A stretch of 64,000 bases of DNA from the NCBI RefSeq assembly GCF_009914755.1, contig NC_060942.1; one strand, written 5' to 3'. The DNA is from the human T2T-CHM13v2.0 reference genome, Homo sapiens. Made by a program: the position numbers and the translations under genes. The notes under the pieces are model-generated. The model made no database searches. It saw only the letters and a program-made list of their open reading frames with translations, and was not told the origin of the DNA. Shown in pieces: positions 56,151-64,000 of this stretch; position 1 is the first letter of the stretch, and every line of letters begins with the position of its first letter.

Positions 56151-57240
56151 GTAACCTTGGCCTGGCTGGGTCTGGTAGCTCGTGGTGGGAGGGAGGTGCC
56201 TCCATTTACATGGGGATTGAGTCTCCCTGTGATGCAGACTGGAAGACAGGGGCTCGCAGGTGACATGACTTTTAGGAAAGCCTGATCTCAAGCCATGCAG
56301 GCCCACAATGAAGCCGCAGGTGATTTCTCTCTAATCAGATGACCCAGTCGTTGACAGCCTGAGCTTCCACGTGGAGAGACGCCAAGGCCGTGCACACCAT
56401 GTAGAGATGGCTGTGTCTCCCAGCTTCCCTGACCACTCAGCTCCCCCCAACAATGACCTGGTTCTGTCCTATATTTTCATGGTGCTCAATTCGGACTTTA
56501 AAAAAAAAAATCTGGGCTCTGAAGTGCAGGTTCAGGTGTGAGAGTTTCCTTTGTGCCTATCTTGGTGGGTGAGCTGAGTTGGCGGCTGAAGGAAGACTTG
56601 CATGCTTCCAGCTTTGCTGATCAAACCTTTGTAAGAACTGGCACGTGGAGAAAACACTTTAGGAAGCAGTGCCGTGTCTACTCTCAGGGAAATTCCAGGT
56701 GGATGTGAAGTTCCCTAGGTCTGCCCAAGTGCTGAGTTCTGAATCCCTGTCCTAGTGTTCCGGCCACCTCTGATCGTTCGCAGCTGTGCCTTGGTGGCCG
56801 CTCTGATTTGTATTCATATGGACACAATAGCATGCCTGGAAGTATTCGCACCAAATCGTGCTGCACAGGCGTCTCCAAATTTGATCTGCAAGTTTGAAAA
56901 AGGAACCTCTTCGGGGCCACACTCTGAGAGTGTCTTCTGCATCTTGCACGCTGTGTGAAGTTTTTTGCTCTCCTGGCCCAGGGAGATTAAGACATAATTT
57001 TCTAAAATGGAAAAAAATGTCAGGATGTTAACAATTTGGTGAACCCTTTTAAGAGGAGAATCCACTTCACTGGCACGCGGAGATGTCTAATAAAAGTCAG
57101 TGAGTGCCGTGACGTTGAGCTAAGTGCCCTAAAGCCAGCCTTTCTTCATTCCAGCTATACTTGGCATTCTCCTGGCTGTCTCTGCTGGGGAGGGTCCGGA
57201 GCCGCTAATTATCATTTTGCATTTTGCATGTGATCTTCAG

Positions 57241-57344
57241 GTAGTGACCTGGGAGACTTTATGGACTATGACCCAAATCTCTTGGATGACCCCCAGTGGC
57301 CTTGTGGCAAACACAAACGCGTTCTGATCTTCCCTTCCTACATG
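57241..57344 (+). CDS. CABLES1: CABLES1 coding exon 7 (104 nt, phase 1/0)
   Basis: Branch-like ctaat near 57205, acceptor tcttcag|G and donor ATG|gtgagt; encodes (G)SDLGDFMDYDPNLLDDPQWPCGKHKRVLIFPSYM, the conserved Cables YDPNxLDDP..GKH motif. Confidence 0.96.
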
Positions 57345-59861
57345 GTGAGTAGCGTGGAATGGAGGCTCCGTTTGCTGCACCGTCAGTTGCCCCACCTGGG
57401 TTGGTGGCCGCCTGGGGGCTTGTTCAAAGACTGCTCTGCCTGGGGGACCTTCATGAGGAGCTCCCCGGTGTGGGTGCCCACGGAAGGACCAGTATTGCCT
57501 CCTGTCCAGAATCCTGCTGGCCACCTGGCCTGCAAACACCACTTTCAAGGCTGGGCTGCCAGTGTCCACAAAGTCACCAGCTCAGGTTGGGGGACCCTCT
57601 CCTCTGAAGGGGGATGTCCGAGCTTATACCTCCACAAACCCCCGTGGAGAGGACCAGGCCCATCCCTGGTAGCGCTGAGTTCAAGTCCAGCTCCGTTTGG
57701 AGTTCCTTGGTGGCTGCAGGCCTTCGTGTGCATGCTGAGCAAACATTTGGCCCCAGGCTGGGGATGACAGAATTCTCTCCTGGGAAAGTGAAAGTAGGAC
57801 ACTGTGGGTGTTACATGCAAAACCTTTCTCTGCTGTTTTTATTTCATGGACTCTTCCTGTTTTTCCCTGTGTGTAATTTTGGTTTCTGCTCTCGGCTGAC
57901 CACTGTTTCCCACCACCAAGGGCTGCCATCTCCTCTGCAGACACCAGAGGGGCCTGGCGGGGCCCTGGGCGCTTTCTCTGGGCCGACTTGCCCTGACTCT
58001 TGCGGCAAGCAGAGCCCCGCCTGCTGTGGGAGGAGGGGGAGCTGCACTTTCAGAACAGTCGATTGGCCAGGCCTGCCATGCACAGCATCAGGTGGGAGAC
58101 ATCCACCCAGAATGCCCCCACCACCTCCCTGCGTTTTGCATGTCCTGGCCCATGAGCCGGGCCTGGCGGGGCCGGCACAGCCGAGCGCTTCCTCCTCTGG
58201 TTCCCTCCCTCCTGTGCTCCCAGCCTGAGCTGTTCTCTGGAGCCCCAGCCTTAGGAGTGAACCAGGGGGTCTTTTTTCTCCCCTCGGCTTTTGTGTCTGC
58301 AGTAGCCAGAGTGGAAACCAATCCCCCGTACTCAAAGGAAACCCAGATCTTCATTCAGAACTGAGGGTTCTCCGCTGTTTGTCAGAGAAACACCAGGCAG
58401 AACTTGGGGCCTTGCCAGTTACTTTCAGCACTTATCCTCTTGTTCTTTGGCACATAGTTCAGTGGTCATTTTCGTATGCCACACGGCGTCAGAATGCATT
58501 TAGTCATTGGAGAATTTATTCAAGTCAAAGGCATTTAGTTTGAAATTGCCGCTTCTCCTCACTCTCCCTCACTCATGCCCCAACTTCTAACACAGAAAGC
58601 AAAATCAGAGTCATGTATAATTACTTTTCTTCCACTCTATGATCTGTTTATTTAAAAAACCAGGGCATATTCATCTTTGGCAGAGGCAAGCACGTAATAA
58701 GTGTTCAATAAATGACCAGAATGATTGCCCTGATGTCAAGGAGGGAGCAACTGGTGTAAGAATAAGGATGCTTTATGTGGTTCACTGCCTTACTTATTAA
58801 AATTCACTTTATTTATTAAGCAACATGGCCAGGAAACTGGCTCAGGGAGTCCAAGTGAGGCTTTCCTAGTTGATAGACAGGAAATGGGGGATCCAGGCTA
58901 GAGCTCCTGGCTCGAGGCTGTTTTCACGTTGCCCAGCTGTCTCTGAATTCCACATTCCTCAGCAGTCAGCCCCACAACTGCCGACCTCGGGGTTGGACAT
59001 GAAGATCATTCTTTGGGCCAACAGTGTAGCAGATTTCTAGGTAACCAAGAGAATAGGAAGGTACACTATTTCGATGTTGGCGGGAGCTGTCCTAACAGAC
59101 ACGTGCCTGGTGATAATGCCGACCTCTCCTTTTATAGGCCTAGTGTTGGGCTGGTGCTAGATCTGATCTTTTTTATCTGATCTTTTTTTTCTTTAAATGA
59201 TTTCATTGTGAGCCTTGAGGTTCCGGGCCGCAGTATGTGTGTATGTGCGTGTGCACGTATACACATACAACTTTTCCTCCTTAGACTGTGCTAGAAGACT
59301 TGCCAAGTCAGCATGTATGTCCTGCCCTCCTCATTTGATGTTCCCAAGTGGATCATTTTTAATTTCACTGCATTGGCTCTGCAGTCAGTGCTTCTGGGAA
59401 TAGTCCATGCTATAGAGAATGGAATTGCGCATGGACTGCATTTTCCTGGTCGGCTCCTGGAGACCTATGTTTCCTATTCTGGCCACAGATGTTGGCACTT
59501 TGATAAAATGTGGGAAATCCACGTTTCAGAATTCTCGTCTAAGTTCTTGACAGTGTGTTGTGTATTACAAAGGGCCTCAACCCCCCAGCTCCCTGGAGAC
59601 TTCTTTCCTAGAAGCCGACATGGGTTACAGGCCGTTTCTCATGCATTTGCATTGAACTTGTAGGAAACAGAGTGGGGCAGTTGGGGGTGGGGGCGCTGGG
59701 GTGTTTGCTTTATTTTTGTGTGTTGGGGAACAGGTATAGAATTCACCTGTTGAACCAAGTATTGATTGAGGCCTTATTATGAGCCAAGCTTCCTTACCCA
59801 GTAGAGAACTAACCAGCCACAACCCCTCTTCTCCTCCACCTTGGAGTGAGTGGGGATGTCA

Positions 59862-60428
<567 letters not shown>

Positions 60429-61039
60429 CTAACTGTAGAAGTCGTTGCCCTTCCCCCTACACACACACAGGCAGGAGGCAGAGCCCACAAATGATGATGC
60501 CGACAAACCCTCCCTCCCCACTGACTCGGCCCCAGGCACAGGGAGCTGCCGCTGAAACAGGCCCTGGCTCCAAAGACCCTGGCTCCTTTGAGCCAGGTTG
60601 TGGAATGCCCTCTTTGAGGGCCTGGGGCACATTTGGCCACTAGGCTAGTGTGAGGATCTCTGCCCAGACAGAGGGCAGATTCCCTCCTGGGTGGGAATGC
60701 TCAGTGATTGGGGAAGGAGCAGGCTTGTTGGTCACAGGCCAATTATGCAGAGCTGCTCACCTCCCTTAGTATTAGCTTCCAAAGCCCCAGAGTCCTGCTG
60801 CCTGTCCCGTCTTCCTCGGGCCCCCAGGGCAGTCCAATGTGGCCAGCCCAGCAGAGGCGCCCGCCTGAAATCCTGGGACTGTCCTCCCCTGTTTTGGGAT
60901 GTCCTGTTCCTGTGGAAATCAGACTCTGAGATGCCTCTGCTGAATGAAGCAGCTCTCAAAGTGATGAGCTAATCCTTTCACCCATCAAATCCTGCTGCAG
61001 CCGCTAAAAGGAGTAATTTACAGACAATCAGATGCACTT

Positions 61040-61815
<776 letters not shown>

Positions 61816-62079
61816 TGATATTAACCAGCCATGATGTAGCTGAATGTTTATCTTTGTGCGTGTGTGTCCTAAGTGTAATATAAAAAGGCCCCTCGTCGCC
61901 ACAGTCAGGACATGTCTTAGAGTGGGAAGCTTCCAGAGGTGAAGCCTGTCATTTAGTGTGCAAGTGGCACCCTTTTCAAATTAGCCTTGCACCCATATCT
62001 GTATTTTTAAACTTTGATCCATGCAAGTCACTCCCACTGTTACCTACTGTAGAAGGTCAAGGGTGAGATTTTGAACTTA

Positions 62080-62386
<307 letters not shown>

Positions 62387-63094
62387 ATTCCTGGGGCAGG
62401 TGTGCAAAACAAATTGCAGCTGGCCCGGTGGTTTGGTCTTCAAGTTTCTAGAAGGTGACCACAGAACAGAGAATGTTGAGCCACCTGGCTACGTGCAGAC
62501 TCTTGCTGGGTGATGGTGTGTCTCAGGGGAGGGCGGATGCTTCCAGCTCTCTGCACCTCTTGGCATATAATTAAAGCTTCATGAGAGAGTGGTTATGTAT
62601 CATTAGAACGTGGCAGCCCAGGTCGGTAGTGGGTTTTTGTGTTTTTTTCCCCCTCTTTATGGGTGTGGAAGGCAATTAAGAGGAGAAAGTAAGTGGGAGA
62701 GCTGAGATAATGCCAACAAAATTCAGTTACCTGAATGGATTTCTGGATTCTTTTCTTCTGTAAGAAATCCCTCTTGCACTGTGTTCACATCAAAAAGAAA
62801 ACCGACTAACATTGTTTATGATATGCATAAGCATGTAAACCTCAAGAGAAACCTCTTGGATTAATCTCCATGATAAAATGCCTATTTTTTATTTACCGAA
62901 TATTAAAATCTAAGTACTTGTAGAGAAAGCCCTCCCTCTACCCCTACATCTCCCCAATGTTGGGGGAATGTATCATAGAACTTAATTTTTCAGTACAGCA
63001 TGAGATGCTGAGCAGTGGGAAGTAATTGACTCAATGAAAGAAAGACTAATTCAGCCTTCCATGAGGTAGGTGATTAGATTCTGCCTGTCCCCCA

Positions 63095-63205
63095 ATATAC
63101 ATACAGTATAAATATATATTTATAAATATAGATAAGTTATAATTTAATAACATACTCATATATTTATTATAATTTATATAGAATATAGAACTATATATAT
63201 ATCTA
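63095..63205. repeat. AT-rich low-complexity / (TA)n tract
   Basis: Direct reading of the sequence. Confidence 0.8.
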
Positions 63206-63688
63206 TTTCCATTAAAAGTTACCTGGATGATTTAGGCACTTGTTACCTGTCTGCAGGGTGGATTTGTTGGGAAGCTAATGCAAGACCCTTTCCATGGCCT
63301 CAGGTTTCAAGGTGCCTGAGGCTTATTCAGTTCTGAGGAGGGGGCCTCTTTAAGAAAATGTCACATCACATTAGAAGCACAGTAGCTCCGCACTTCCCTA
63401 TTATTGTGGCACTTCCCTGAGGCTTGAAGGGCGCCCTCAGGCGCACAGGCCTGGGCAGTAGCTGAGGAGCATCCTGCCAGCTTTAGGTTAAGTGTTCACA
63501 TCAAGGCCTGAAATGCCTGATTGTGCTGTGTGGGGGAGGGAGGGTTGTTTTGGGTGTGGGTTTGGTGTTTTTTTTTTTTTTTTTTTTTGGTCTTTTTGTT
63601 GTTGTTAACAGCACTATTAGAATTCCAACACCATACAATTCACCTCTTTAAAGCCTCTTTTACAATTCATTTTTTTCTCATAAAACTA

Positions 63689-63989
<301 letters not shown>

Positions 63990-64000
63990 CTAATACAAAA

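Noticed and set aside
57261-58228. 168-aa and 204-aa + strand ORFs after exon 7
   Set aside because: Only the exon 7 part is CABLES1. A strong ATG|gtgagt donor ends the exon, and the rest is GC-rich intron with no recognisable domain.

Overview
Human (primate) genomic DNA, not prokaryotic. The window lies inside CABLES1 (Cdk5 and Abl enzyme substrate 1) on the + strand. Six internal coding exons (canonical exons 2-7 by recalled gene structure: 8175-8246, 13767-13859, 33309-33386, 54707-54803, 55994-56150, 57241-57344) have canonical AG/GT sites and splice into one open frame (RRLISQRSSLETLEDIEENAPLRR-CRTLSGSPRPKNFKK...DPQWPCGKHKRVLIFPSYM). Exon 1 and the promoter lie upstream of the window, and the remaining C-terminal exons lie downstream. 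The rest is intron: about 28 Alu/FLAM elements, MaLR LTRs (MLT1, THE1), L1/L2/L3 and MIR fragments, MER DNA transposons and microsatellites. The most striking non-genic element is a ~1.2 kb VNTR (about 50.5 x 24 bp) in intron 4, with a 360-bp higher-order duplication and five of six frames open. Almost all ORFs in the supplied track are Alu-derived or chance. I found no convincing novel multi-gene system. The best leads are the VNTR, splicing and polyadenylation features around exons 2-4 and 7, and several templated-duplication scars. Repeat subfamily names come from recalled consensus sequences, and repeat boundaries are approximate.
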